In this document: positions 36,901 through 45,094 of the stretch, one piece after another
Layout: each line of letters opens with the position of its first letter
Numbering within the stretch: position 1 is the first letter of the stretch
DNA from: an uncultured Clostridia bacterium
GTDB lineage: Bacteria > Bacillota > Clostridia > Christensenellales > UBA1242
Length of the DNA: 64,000 nucleotides
Assembly (NCBI GenBank): GCA_948442695.1
Contig: CAOJSF010000005.1
Span: 4,168 to 68,167 of the forward strand
Reading direction: 5' to 3'
Program-made: the position numbers and the translations under genes
Notes under the pieces: generated by a model
What the model was told of the DNA's origin: nothing
Database searches by the model: none
What the model saw: only the letters and a program-made list of their open reading frames with translations

Positions 36901-38650
36901 ATCTGCCCGACCTTTCAAGTATATAGCCATTTTCTCCGATGATTCTGTTTGCCATATCAATATAATCAGCAAGTGGGCCATCACCAAAAGAAACAAAGAA
37001 AACTTTATCTTGATAGATGTTTTCTGCTGGGACTGTGGCATATTGATTGAGGTCAAGAGTCACAGATTCAATCTTGCTTTCATCTCCAACAACTTTATAA
37101 TTTAAAAGGACATTTAAATCAGACTGGTCACTCCATGAAAGTGGAAGTTCTTCATGTTTTGAAATTGAAAGGTTTACCTGACTTATCATAACTTGACCAT
37201 TTACGTCAGCAAACAACTGACTGTCATCATTGACAAGAAGCACGACATTGATTTTAAGTTCCATAGCCTCGGTGGCGGAAAGTTTCCAGTTTGCATAACG
37301 CAAATCATTGACCGAAGAATTTGGTTTGTAATATCTCTTTCCCTCGATGTCAACATATGGCACTTTCTCATCACCAACAATAGAGAGTGTTTTGTTTGCC
37401 CCTTGTGTTGGGTCAATGCCATTATAGTCAAACGAAATTGCAATATTTTTCAAAAGATTGTCAAGCAAAAGTCCTGATGAAGAATAAACTCTTACTCCCA
37501 AAAAGTCACTGTTGCTTTGATAAGGATATTGATTTAGATATAAGTTGAGAGGTGATTCAACATTCATAGAAATGGTCTGAGAAACCTTTGAAACTGTAAA
37601 CTGACCGATATTCTCCTCACCTATTGAAATTTCTGAGTATGAAAGTCTTGCAATTTTTTCTTTGTCAGAAGAATTTACATCCGTTTGCACCCTTTCACTG
37701 AGGTAAGCAAGCACACCTGTATAATAATATTCGCTGTTGTCAATCTCGCCAACAAGATTATCATAGTCAAGTTGAGACTTTGCAGTGATGAAGGTATAGC
37801 CATTTATTCTGATATTATCTTCTGCATGATTTGATGCAACAAAATGCAAAGTATGATTGTCATCATAGACTGCCTTAATATTTTCAGTATTTATCGCTTC
37901 ATAATATGAACGCTTTTCTCTCCATTCATTTTCACTAAGACTGCTCTTATTGTCAGAATACATATATTTACTGTCAGCAGGAATATATTTTGTCTGAACA
38001 GTGAAACTTTCATTTCTTACAACCTGAGTTGTCAGTTCTCCCCTTGAATTATAAATAAGGGTTTCAGTTGAATAGACTGGCACATCAACAGCAATGTTTA
38101 TTTCTGTTGTGCCTATCTGAATATTTTGAGAGCGTGCAACAAGTTTGGAAATTCCCCCTGCTATCCAGTTTATGTAATTGTCATCTTTATCTTTTATAGG
38201 ATTGCCATTTTCATCTACGAGGTGCTTTGTAAGAAGATGAACATTGAAAGGACGACCGAGTGAAACATACTTTGGCACTTGAATAGACTTATTAGAAATA
38301 AGTTCATTGACTGGGTCATAATCAGTCAAAACACCATTGCCAAAAGAAAGTTCAATCTTTCTTTTAGTGACATCTTCAGTTGGCGAAGTTATCGTCAGTT
38401 GAAAATCCTCCCCAACTTCAAGTTGACCGTGATTTGAATTATACAAATTGCTGTCATATTCAAACGCTATGCTTTCTGGCATTGTGATTTTTTCATCAAA
38501 TCCACCGGCAAGGTAAACTCCCAAAACCGTGACTCCTGAAATGAAAAAAACACTTGCGATTGACACAACAACCGTCATCCATGTTTTCCACTTAGATTTG
38601 AATTTCTTTTCTTTTTTCTTTTCGTCTTTTACTTCGTTTTTCTTTTTCAT
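27968..38650 (-). CDS. giant (3560 aa) surface protein with a single N-terminal membrane anchor
   Basis: Uninterrupted 10,683-nt ORF with an AGGTG RBS. The Lys-rich N-terminus is followed by a TM (WMTVVVSIASVFFISGVTVLGVYLAGGF). The rest is Asn/Ser/Thr/Asp/Ile-rich and beta-type, with three acidic Thr/Pro/Glu linkers. No LPXTG and no obvious internal repeats. Confidence 0.85.
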   Translation of the reverse strand: MKKKNEVKDEKKKEKKFKSKWKTWMTVVVSIASVFFISGVTVLGVYLAGGFDEKITMPESIAFEYDSNLYNSNHGQLEVGEDFQLTITSPTEDVTKRKIELSFGNGVLTDYDPVNELISNKSIQVPKYVSLGRPFNVHLLTKHLVDENGNPIKDKDDNYINWIAGGISKLVARSQNIQIGTTEINIAVDVPVYSTETLIYNSRGELTTQVVRNESFTVQTKYIPADSKYMYSDNKSSLSENEWREKRSYYEAINTENIKAVYDDNHTLHFVASNHAEDNIRINGYTFITAKSQLDYDNLVGEIDNSEYYYTGVLAYLSERVQTDVNSSDKEKIARLSYSEISIGEENIGQFTVSKVSQTISMNVESPLNLYLNQYPYQSNSDFLGVRVYSSSGLLLDNLLKNIAISFDYNGIDPTQGANKTLSIVGDEKVPYVDIEGKRYYKPNSSVNDLRYANWKLSATEAMELKINVVLLVNDDSQLFADVNGQVMISQVNLSISKHEELPLSWSDQSDLNVLLNYKVVGDESKIESVTLDLNQYATVPAENIYQDKVFFVSFGDGPLADYIDMANRIIGENGYILERSGRYQTNSGRMTTLFAVNGSRLSLYNTGEFSLYFATVRPSSSEGLYDIAEMCSSTKNVASKTALYSNSIKDFYINASNFLEDDEQEISINLGSDLDFKLIYTIASESVPVFKDEFQKGFIRPVVYDMAGNDISEYFIYDEGTLLTDTETKVMRVEYSVSTKSSVQIESINGLYLGYISLIYDNGDENIIEWKRDINSISDKLINIYKPKAVSISVKEMSDVYNSIAQINAEVIKVDQNLTKEGGFNTEITVTLVGGTTKTFNNVTEFINDIAGANGSNFVITDQKGKTSTLRNQWKFTIKEGNAGIINILPNGQSFAFKNTNSNDYIPLSLIIKSNDENSTLTANEKPFEIKFNVKSTGISKIKYDSLLKTYQTNINLESSDTSKEVIVKKYGASFDKTEDVIELKNLIELYINSDGNSEEKFSLDNVNFKFTAQYLAENRLSNVQLLELFGNNGMLTLYDNNGLVSIEDNLTADQIRSKLTNINISNVKINKNFAAPHFMEFAISDSSGAVNIMFTLQLLQNVTVTNDSYTGEKSVWANAETTLANKVKLLNSSEETSNELNSLFEGKIYYIVMDDKYEYTLSETKSQNAIGEYDGSTNKIKFYDFWNVEKQIFTIYFRPEGNNSFALNQPIQFEVKRDLIINDKEKVFYVLGENSKQIGDYVLLTRHDGVTSIQDKDISFVFENYLEFKDGNVEKKSNADFFFDYNQEFLTTNLFVRSGNIELGKIAIKIKLIESDDIYSLLASTFSLQSNNSIKPQSQIINNGEEDINYLMFARNAGQIWQAGNLTENYKVSPSHRDRFGNVLSSIYQAGADNSIQFQSKVNQQLLFGLNNENCYIVLNIVDSGNKILATVHVPLLISQIGYDFVVYDKEIQNNRRVETSLLRPEQLIDKGIYNEIEAGKLSQILSQYDFADRFIEIEGTQTKYKYIQEGGLYTIPGFEQYLNIYKIDKEGMIDYSSLVNSKYVIKTDADSNGFVILNHLSNNLEDVYVAFEYKIDYYGISQSFYYLLKVIADVEVENSTYAYNGSAEYIFGDSSSISEINLEELFDNKTLNSDKKRFYVNKILNLKNVVATTYDLEIDVIDTKLELDLKSDSKLMFTYKEKEVKVDFAVADGKSREIDLNDYFVDDNDKDSGITKDNLQIKIAILEGDMAISYQSEKIFETLKFKNEIVSVEVGDEIMTDSEQWDKTIELSFSSDFKTLYYRPFGKYADSKMTIIIKHTYQTTEDDNLSVIGGEQTYKLILNEDSEVYAVRFTDKDGKVTETDKLKLTINNGNKYSASEDKDNIYSMQVDLLKKEAGNIDTIIRDRADVGISAGAENIKGIDYNPSTGLLAIKLKDYIDSDKKISLAVYTTMGYLASIEIDLKANITFISNTNTFNGGDTLNLKGAIKLTEGEIVVTDYDYSFKSLSISGDGKDLVSCTSDGQLTISDLISDKKIKIDYTVSIPGKTENDIERIFNFSCEYTLKANITPITNIAVDDEVIAGTGYKFNIADLYDGDIKNTLIDISCASTNPAFGGIEKDQQDKNKVIIKTNHVSDKVTLTLTLKVRINFPKMAEENEENQNYSAYQEFEVVYSFVVAPSVKLSSNYPVPNSSGMMKFEYIDSGATFENIKTFLNSTAIFGENSRIDVLEGRLSTDSKVVEYKDKVDIENEDLIVQLNSKTDNAEIYVGDSEKGVAINGSIDLSQKIKFARTNNSGDAKIELSITYKAVNIVYNIRLLENSLSIVPHTVSNFTMQGEYQNTSVSYEKIYIDKTNTKDLFAGERLVYAELGQMAEYQDEYYFVFEETIKDETSNEEVVKYYASYPNFISAKDQDTNRYYDLGISFVGKTFKGLYLASSIENNKIQIDATTRALQVNDKPVLESELPTNLASSVFKLANGQPKVSLANRAQMTYGIDEDGNTILVDFEKYDSLFNKQTTENVKPDENGESGEDIESIETVVSEKDYFSIDIEKTPFDEINKKEFSLTFDKNDGSIVKLNAEFSFNYYYMAGFDIDVKEKISTLKNIVEIEVNNTYDSINDLLGIYHPTTNRMVSYTDFTGEESGLGFELLYYNGGSSSKAGETNSAQIDEATQKVLNEYMGRYDINAFKRTVNDTGTNSGKEYMFVGPIISTTAKCIYDYELIPFGAKNTGDYVLGKITYKVEGFETFFYVVIKIMPDYEVSYGGSAENGKEEIVNDKTIISNFDMVDKIEILSSNSTKYKEFKLTGADGFMTIKHKNGTGEREELSTSKFAITMKVNEIIEGVTYNDNGNLLNKIFYGSSLPENSQDSGWQFEKDQTTISNIKYKGTDSIAFNDVKAVIFGNQYYFIEGVDDYGFTYRLYFMLKATKNIPAITNSISIAEEDYIDLSAQYTELTIKNGNNDNYVINSSETKIPLSSDERVKVLNFEGIDAWQYVEDYTIAQVNDNDKIYLDNISNTNQDKAYEPHKELKKQEPSTPETVAEGDTESEYEYEINIDSEGQKYLNFPMIDKIKVENISLFDPKTNQKVGNVEQTESSSVQEWAFATDGNGFFGNETTQTGSTGSSDDTTNSKVYNHGKPRPVYGKAKEDGEEKETYSKQLYVMPKLLNTDLYKDGDSAVLKLVVRLKYEDNDNSIFEYCDCTTEITVVRKAQIEQKENRVVRDGQAFALSDKIVGSVKDENEAVSIDGFINDTIEVLVKANSTAIFDLNLEREGKIYTNRISLSNTSSNIAITKYESISNALGVYVKPGDNVTVTNIKDVIGIYYITNTIEENSNDNLRDVKIEAGTPTGQVWSDKNASTEATFTISTIDKDVVYVENVALLADNSYSINKYYIAQCKFTKKEEPSMTAEGETAPDTEETPNPQPTETTYDYRITANYEVTGYVYKLKRDYVDEIGFTLDNGITSLEDWSNGAFSLYKGYTPGGGKIDINLSEDGKIAINDEKLSNYISFRLDNKGGDISLGNANIDSITGEIELTSNFNPNQYIRVEVLMKVSGIDRNIITGEDEANIILGKLNLSTKR

Positions 38651-39256
38651 CTATGACACCTCTAAAAATTTTGGCCAAATCAAAATGTAGTAAGAAGGTT
38701 TGAAATTAGCATTAAATAGACAAATAAAATTCTAATTACAAAATCCTTTATTACAAGTATAAATTTTTACCAACAAAAAGGCAAATAAATTTGACCCTTT
38801 TATAAATAATTTTAGTAATATATATATTATAAATATATTTCAAGAAAATATTTTAATTTATGACTATTTTTTTTCAGTGCTTTTTTTAATAACTTTTCTT
38901 GTAAATAGATATTATTTGAAATTAACATTTTTATTAGTTGCCTCCTGTTTCATAACCTCCAAAAATTGTTTATGAATTATAGCGTTAATTTAAAATAATT
39001 TTTTAAAACTTTTTACTCAAAAACAACCTTTTTTTTTATTTGCCACCCCTTTCACCATATTCAAATGTTGTTTTTAATTTAAAAAGTTTTCTCACAATAT
39101 CTAAAAACCCACCCCTCCAAAACAATCCCAACAGAATGAATCATATCACATGAAGTTTCCTCTGCACCTTACTTTTCTCAACACTTATATTCTGCTTATC
39201 ATACTTATCTGCCAAATTCTATGTTTTTTTTTAAAATGAATAAAGTCAATATTTGA

Positions 39257-39285
39257 TTGACAATAAAAAAAAATTAGGTTATACT
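39257..39285 (+). promoter_or_regulatory. sigma-70-type promoter of the ABC-F gene
   Basis: TTGACA (39257-39262), 17 nt, TATACT (39280-39285). It lies inside the track ORF's N-terminal extension. Confidence 0.55.
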
Positions 39286-39303
39286 TACACGAAAGGAGTA
39301 AAA

Positions 39304-40884
39304 ATGTTACAAGTTACAAATATTTCACTCGCCTTTGGTGGACGAGTGCTTTATAAAGATGTCAATTTAAAATTTACAAAAGGCAACTGCTATGGAATAA
39401 TAGGTGCAAATGGTGCAGGCAAATCCACATTCTTAAAAATCATCACTGGCGAAATAGAGCCAAACACCGGAGAAATCTCAATCACACCAGGCGAAAGAAT
39501 GTCTGTTTTGGCACAAAACCAAAACGCCTATGACAATGAAACAGTTTTAAACACTGTTTTGCTCGGTCATAAAAGACTTATGGAAATTGCCAAAGAAAAA
39601 GATGAACTTTATATGAAACCTGATTTTTCTGAAGAAGATGGATTGAGAGCGGGAGAACTTGAAACCGAATTTGCAGAACTGGGCGGCTGGGAGGCTGAAA
39701 GCGAAGCAAAGAGTCTTCTTCAAAATATGGGAATTGAAGAAAACCTTTTTGACAGTCTTATGGGCGGACTTGACGCAAAAATCAAAGTCAAGATCTTGCT
39801 TGCTCAGGCACTTTTTGGAAATCCTGATATTCTTATTTTAGACGAACCTACAAACAACCTCGACTTCAAAACATCTCGATGGCTGGAAGAATATCTTTTA
39901 GATTTTGAAAATATCGTAATTATCGTTTCCCACAACCGTCACTTTTTAAATAAGGTCTGCACTCATATTTGCGATGTCGATTATGGCAAAATCAATATGT
40001 TTATCGGAAACTATGATTTCTGGTATGAATCAAGTCAACTTATTTTAAGACAGATGAAAGATCAAAACAAGAAATCAGAACAACGCGCTAAAGAACTTAA
40101 AGAATTTATCGCCCGCTTCTCTGCAAATGCTTCAAAATCAAAACAGGCAACAAGTCGAAAGAGAGAACTTGAAAGATTGACCATTGAAGATATCAAACCT
40201 TCATCAAGAAAATATCCATATATCAATTTTGAATACACTCAAGAAATAGGAAAAGAGATCTTAAAAGTAGACCACCTTACAAAGGCAGGAATGTTTAAAA
40301 ATCTATCTTTCAACATTGAAAAAGGGCAAAAAGTGGTATTTTTTGCAAAAAATAGCCAAATTTTAACAACTTTATTCAATATTATCTTAGGAAATGAAAA
40401 ACCTGACCATGGACAAGTATTCGTTGGTAAGACCATCAAAATGACAAACCTTCCACAAAACAACAATGAATATTTTGAGGGAAACACCTCCTCTATTGTT
40501 GACTGGCTGAGACAATATTCTCAAGACCAAAATGAAACATATATCAGAAGTTGGCTGGGAAGAATGCTTTTCACTGGCGAAGAAAATCTTAAACCTGCAA
40601 ATGTTCTTTCAGGTGGTGAAAGAGTGAGATGTATGCTTGCAAAAATGATGCTTGAACAGGGAAATCTGGTAATTTTGGATGAACCAACAAACCACCTTGA
40701 CCTTGAATCTATCACCGCCCTCAACAAAGGAATGGTAAATTTCAGAGGAAATATGATTTTTGCAACCCATGACCAGGAAATCATTGAAACTGTTGCAAAC
40801 AGAATCATCGATATTGTCGACGAAAACAAAATCATTGACTTTACCGGCACATATCAAGAATATCTTGAAAAATATTCAAAATAG
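39304..40884 (+). CDS. ABC-F family ATPase (two ABC domains, no TM; translation factor / ribosome-protection type)
   Basis: GANGAGKST, LSGGERVR, ILDEPTNHLD, and a Lys/Arg/Glu-rich interdomain linker. Start at the ATG after AAGGAG (39304). Confidence 0.85.
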   Translation: MLQVTNISLAFGGRVLYKDVNLKFTKGNCYGIIGANGAGKSTFLKIITGEIEPNTGEISITPGERMSVLAQNQNAYDNETVLNTVLLGHKRLMEIAKEKDELYMKPDFSEEDGLRAGELETEFAELGGWEAESEAKSLLQNMGIEENLFDSLMGGLDAKIKVKILLAQALFGNPDILILDEPTNNLDFKTSRWLEEYLLDFENIVIIVSHNRHFLNKVCTHICDVDYGKINMFIGNYDFWYESSQLILRQMKDQNKKSEQRAKELKEFIARFSANASKSKQATSRKRELERLTIEDIKPSSRKYPYINFEYTQEIGKEILKVDHLTKAGMFKNLSFNIEKGQKVVFFAKNSQILTTLFNIILGNEKPDHGQVFVGKTIKMTNLPQNNNEYFEGNTSSIVDWLRQYSQDQNETYIRSWLGRMLFTGEENLKPANVLSGGERVRCMLAKMMLEQGNLVILDEPTNHLDLESITALNKGMVNFRGNMIFATHDQEIIETVANRIIDIVDENKIIDFTGTYQEYLEKYSK

Positions 40885-41008
40885 AAATCAAAAAAAGATA
40901 ATTGATAAAATTCAATTTAATCTGAAAAATAATAATTTTATTTCATTTCAGCAAAAATCAATTAAACAAAAAACACATTAAAAATTCATCAGTTTTGAAT
41001 AAATTTAA

Positions 41009-41040
41009 GCAAAAAAGAGGCAAAATTGCCTCTTTTTTGC
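41009..41040. terminator. bidirectional terminator
   Basis: GCAAAAAAGAGGCA-aaat-TGCCTCTTTTTTGC. Confidence 0.7.
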
Positions 41041-41056
41041 TGTTTTTTCATTCTTT

Positions 41057-41647
41057 TTAAAACAAATCCGTCAAATTATCTATATCGCCCAACTCTTTTG
41101 CGACCAAATAAGAGAGTTTAAAATATGTATTTGGCACAATGAAAAATTCACGCATTTTCAAATTTTCTATACAAAGAAAACTGCCTTTTGGTGCATATAT
41201 CATCTCACCCCAAAGAGTTTGAAAATATATATGCTTTTTCACTTTTACAAATTTCTTTTCATAATCAACAGGCGTATACATCCCCCAAATCTCATCAGTC
41301 AAAATAAAATTCTCTTCAAACTTTTCACCTTTATAAATTTGTTTGTATCCATTATTGTAAAGTGCTATCATCGACCTTGTCTCAATATCTCTTTGACTTA
41401 CCTGTCTCATCTCTGTTTTAAACACATATGTTCTACCAGAAATTTCAAATCTATCACGATTATCTATCTTCTCCTCTATCTTTGCAGGAGTCATATAAAC
41501 ACTTTTGGCACGCTTTGCAGTAAAGACAAAACCATCAGAAAAATCTTTTATTAAAGAAAAAATATCAGTTGAATTTATAAAATCAACTTTTTGAAACTCT
41601 ATATCTATTTGACTTGTGCCATCAACCGAATAAAACTTCTTAATCAT
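41057..41647 (-). CDS. hypothetical 196-aa cytoplasmic protein
   Basis: Monocistronic between two terminator/promoter regions, with a GGAG RBS. No recognisable motif. Confidence 0.5.
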   Translation of the reverse strand: MIKKFYSVDGTSQIDIEFQKVDFINSTDIFSLIKDFSDGFVFTAKRAKSVYMTPAKIEEKIDNRDRFEISGRTYVFKTEMRQVSQRDIETRSMIALYNNGYKQIYKGEKFEENFILTDEIWGMYTPVDYEKKFVKVKKHIYFQTLWGEMIYAPKGSFLCIENLKMREFFIVPNTYFKLSYLVAKELGDIDNLTDLF

Positions 41648-41735
41648 TAATTCTCCTTAATGCAATTTCTTTAAAATTTATTGTAACACAACTTATTTTA
41701 AATGTAAAGATTTTATTTAAATTTGCTTTTAAAAG

Positions 41736-41763
41736 TTGACAAAAAATTTTATTTGATTATAAT
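41736..41763 (+). promoter_or_regulatory. consensus promoter of the glyQS leader
   Basis: TTGACA, 16 nt, TATAAT. Confidence 0.6.
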
Positions 41764-41769
41764 AATTAT

Positions 41770-41980
41770 TGTTGAACGAAATCTATATTTAATATATTTA
41801 CGGACAACAATCAAAAAATTTATTTAAACAATGACAGAACTGGCAACTCTAGAGTTTAACGCAGGTCGGCGAAAAGACATAATGAAGGCGACAGATAAAA
41901 ATGATTTATGTGTCGTAAATTAGGGTGGAACAGCGTAACTCATCACGCCCCTATTGCTCTTTGGCAGTGGGGTTTTTTTA
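41770..41980 (+). promoter_or_regulatory. T-box leader (glycine specifier GGC) controlling glyQS
   Basis: T-box sequence AAATTAGGGTGGAACAGCG (41917-41935). Its UGGA bulge matches the tRNA-Gly UCCA end. GGC lies in a specifier-like context (CTGGCAAC, 41842-41844). Terminator CCCCTATTGC-tctttg-GCAGTGGGG + T7 (41947-41979). Confidence 0.8.
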
Positions 41981-42176
41981 TGGATAAATTTTTTTATTTT
42001 AGCATTCACATTAAAAAACAATTCAAGTTTGATATTTAATTATAAAAAATATATAATCTTGAAAAACTTGAATTTGTGATGACAAATAAAAAAATTTAAT
42101 AAAATTAAGCAAAATTAAGCAAAAAACTGTCAAAAAATCATTTAAAACATATATTTTTATAAAAAAGGAGAAAATT

Positions 42177-43553
42177 ATGAGCACAAAATTGACAATGGAA
42201 AAAATCGTTAATCTTTCAAAATCAAGAGGCTTTATCTTTCAAGGAAGCGAAATTTATGGTGGATTTGCAAACACATGGGACTTTGGACCTATCGGTGTTG
42301 AACTCAAAAACAATATCAAAAGGGCATGGTGGAAAAGATTTGTTCAAGAAGACCCTTCCACTTATGGAGTTGACGCAGCAATACTTATGAACCCAACTGT
42401 TTGGCACGCTTCTGGTCATGTTGAAAGTTTTGGCGACCCTAAAATGGACTGCAAAAATTGCAAGACAAGACATCGTGCAGACACACTCATTGAAAACCAT
42501 AGCAAAGGCAAAGTTTCAGCGGAAGGCATGACAAATGAAGAAATGGAGGCTTACATCGAAGAGCATGATGTAAAATGTCCAAATTGCGGAAAGCGTGATT
42601 TTACTCAAATTCGCAAATTCAACCCTATGTTTACGACTTCAAGAGCTATGACTGGTGACAACAGTGATATTGTATATTTAAGACCTGAAACTTGTCAGGG
42701 CGAATATATCAATTTCCTCAACATTCAACGCTCTACCCGTGCAAAAGTACCTTTCGCTATTGCTCAAATAGGAAAGTCATTCAGAAATGAAATCACTCCT
42801 GGAAACTTCCTTTTCAGAACTATTGAATTTGAACAAATGGAACTTCAAAAATTCTGCAAAGACACTGAAAGTATGGACATATATACAGATTATAAATCTA
42901 GAGCATGGACTTTCGTAAAAGATTTAGGACTTAAAGAAGACCATTTAAGATATCACGATCATGACAAACTTGCCCACTATGCAAAAGCCGCCTGCGACAT
43001 TCAATATTTATTCCCTATGGGCTGGCAAGAACTCAATGGAATACATCATCGTGGCACGTGGGATTTGTCAAGACATCAAGAATTTAGTGGAAAAAACATG
43101 AACTATCTTGACCCTGTGACAAATGAAAAATATCTTCCAACAGTTGTTGAATATTCTATCGGTGCTGACAGACTCACCCTTGCCATTATGTGCGAAGCAT
43201 ATGAGGAAGAGGAACTTGAAAATGGCGAAACAAGAGTTGTGATGCACTTCCATCCAAACATCGCACCTTATAAAGTTGCAATTCTCCCTCTTCAAAAGAA
43301 TCTCGGTGAAAAAGCGAAAGAAATTTATTCAATGCTGAGTAAAGAATTTATGTGTGATTATGACGAAGCAGGTTCAATCGGAAAACGCTATCGCAGACAG
43401 GATGAAATCGGGACCCCATTCTGCGTAACTATTGACTTCGATACACTTGAAGACAACACTGTGACAGTGAGAGACCGTGACAGCATGAAACAAATCAGAC
43501 TTAACATCAATGAACTTTATGACTATATCGCACAAAGAATCAAATTTAACTAA
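42177..43553 (+). CDS. glyQS: glycine--tRNA ligase, single-chain (alpha2) type
   Basis: 458 aa with class II aaRS motifs (YLRPETCQG, FRNEITPGNFLFRTIEFEQME, YSIGADRL) and a C-terminal anticodon-binding domain. Confidence 0.9.
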   Translation: MSTKLTMEKIVNLSKSRGFIFQGSEIYGGFANTWDFGPIGVELKNNIKRAWWKRFVQEDPSTYGVDAAILMNPTVWHASGHVESFGDPKMDCKNCKTRHRADTLIENHSKGKVSAEGMTNEEMEAYIEEHDVKCPNCGKRDFTQIRKFNPMFTTSRAMTGDNSDIVYLRPETCQGEYINFLNIQRSTRAKVPFAIAQIGKSFRNEITPGNFLFRTIEFEQMELQKFCKDTESMDIYTDYKSRAWTFVKDLGLKEDHLRYHDHDKLAHYAKAACDIQYLFPMGWQELNGIHHRGTWDLSRHQEFSGKNMNYLDPVTNEKYLPTVVEYSIGADRLTLAIMCEAYEEEELENGETRVVMHFHPNIAPYKVAILPLQKNLGEKAKEIYSMLSKEFMCDYDEAGSIGKRYRRQDEIGTPFCVTIDFDTLEDNTVTVRDRDSMKQIRLNINELYDYIAQRIKFN

Positions 43554-43706
43554 ATGATTAAACAAGCGTATAATTTAATAAATATCATTAAAAAATAGTA
43601 AAAAATCATTAAAAATAGCGGTTTTTTTGAAAAATTATTGAAAAATACAAAAATTATTAAATAAAATCATTAAAAAATGCTATTTTTTAAAATTCTAAAA
43701 AAAATC

Positions 43707-43746
43707 AAAAAAAGGATAATTTTAATTTAATTATCCTTTTTTTTTG
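43707..43746. terminator. bidirectional terminator
   Basis: AAAGGATAATT-ttaattt-AATTATCCTTT flanked by A and T runs. Confidence 0.65.
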
Positions 43747-43808
43747 TGCTCACCTCTCACTATTTTCTTCATGATGTTTCTTCTTTTTATCAACAATATT
43801 TAAAACTT

Positions 43809-45083
43809 TTATATTTTTTTATTTGGATAAAATAATGATAGAATTGCACCATAACAAACAAAGCCACGTTTTGTGATAAACACAATATCATCAAAAATCT
43901 CTATATATTTTTTCTTCAATAAAAACTCAAATTGCTTTTTAAAATATTCTCTTGAAGATTCTCCTAAAATTTCGTCCATAATTTTTATACTAAATTGTCC
44001 ACAATATCCACTGATTGCAATATATTTTGCAAGCCTTTCCTCTTTTGGCAAAATATATGTATCTTCACTGGAAAATGTTTTATTCTCCAAACATTTCTCA
44101 AGAGGGATTTCTTCTTTTCCTATATTATAACTTACACCCTCCCTACTTTTACTTTGTGCCGAAATTCCAAATCCTTTGTAAGAGATATTATTTATCATCC
44201 TGTTTTTTATGTAAGAGGACAGCCCCAAATCAGTTTTACTTAAAGAAAATGTATTTTGTCCAAATCTTCCACAATAACCCAGTTTTATCAAATTCTTATA
44301 TAAAAATTCATACTGCTTGAAAAGTTGACGCTTAGTTTTGTTTTCCTTGACTTTCAATATATTTGTGCGAAATTCATATAATGTCACCTGTTCTGGCATG
44401 AAATATTCAATGGTCGCAATCGAATTTTTCAAGTCTTGTTTTGATTGACCATTAAGTCCATACATAAGATCAATATTTATTTTTTCAATCCCATTTGTTT
44501 TGCACCAGTGTTTTACCTGCATCATTCTTTGCAGTGAAGGACTGCCCCTGTGATTATCTTTCAAAAACTTTCGATTGACCGTTTGCAATCCAAAAGATAT
44601 TCTCTTAAAACCACAACGATTGATTATTTTTATCTTATCTTCTGTTATTGAAAAAAAAGTTGCTTCAATACTTGCCTCAAAATCTTTTGCTATTTTCAGT
44701 TTTGAAAATATTTCAGTTTTTACAAATTCAAGAAGAGTTTTAAAATTTTCATCACTGAGTATAAGTGGCGTCCCTCCTCCTATATCAAACCCAAACAATT
44801 CAATATTTCTATGCGATTTTATGAAATTCTGTATATCTTTTATAAGAATTTCAATATATTGTTTCTCTAAATCTTCATCACCTTTGACATATTTGACATA
44901 TTCACAAAACTTGCATTTTGACTGGCAAAAAGGAATATGAATATAAAAACAAAGTTTGGATTCGTCAAACTTAAGTTCACCTTCATATTTATACTTTTTC
45001 CAATCTGATTTATCTATCGGATATGATGTATTCAGTTTATCATTTTTCTTTGATTCATTAAAAAAGTGTTCAATATTCTGCAT
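43809..45083 (-). CDS. HemN/HemW-like (class C-type) radical SAM protein
   Basis: YIHIPFCQSKCKFCEY (CxxxCxxC), DIGGGTP and a HemN_C-like tail. Starts 11 nt after the upstream radical SAM gene. Confidence 0.75.
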   Translation of the reverse strand: MQNIEHFFNESKKNDKLNTSYPIDKSDWKKYKYEGELKFDESKLCFYIHIPFCQSKCKFCEYVKYVKGDEDLEKQYIEILIKDIQNFIKSHRNIELFGFDIGGGTPLILSDENFKTLLEFVKTEIFSKLKIAKDFEASIEATFFSITEDKIKIINRCGFKRISFGLQTVNRKFLKDNHRGSPSLQRMMQVKHWCKTNGIEKINIDLMYGLNGQSKQDLKNSIATIEYFMPEQVTLYEFRTNILKVKENKTKRQLFKQYEFLYKNLIKLGYCGRFGQNTFSLSKTDLGLSSYIKNRMINNISYKGFGISAQSKSREGVSYNIGKEEIPLEKCLENKTFSSEDTYILPKEERLAKYIAISGYCGQFSIKIMDEILGESSREYFKKQFEFLLKKKYIEIFDDIVFITKRGFVCYGAILSLFYPNKKI

Positions 45084-45094
45084 TATTTATTCCT

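Noticed and set aside
28000-38600. Numerous 60-100-aa ORFs inside or antisense to the giant gene, and similar shadows in nrdD, the U32 gene and the 851-aa gene.
   Set aside because: They are fully embedded in a much longer, coherent ORF, lack RBSs, and have low-complexity translations typical of shadow frames in AT-rich DNA.
39253-39303. The N-terminal extensions offered by the ORF track for the ABC-F gene, and likewise for ppa, rbr, cls, metG, the SPFH gene and the 317-aa gene.
   Set aside because: In each case a downstream ATG is preceded by a good GGAGG-type RBS at 5-9 nt. For ABC-F a TTGACA-17-TATACT promoter lies inside the extension.
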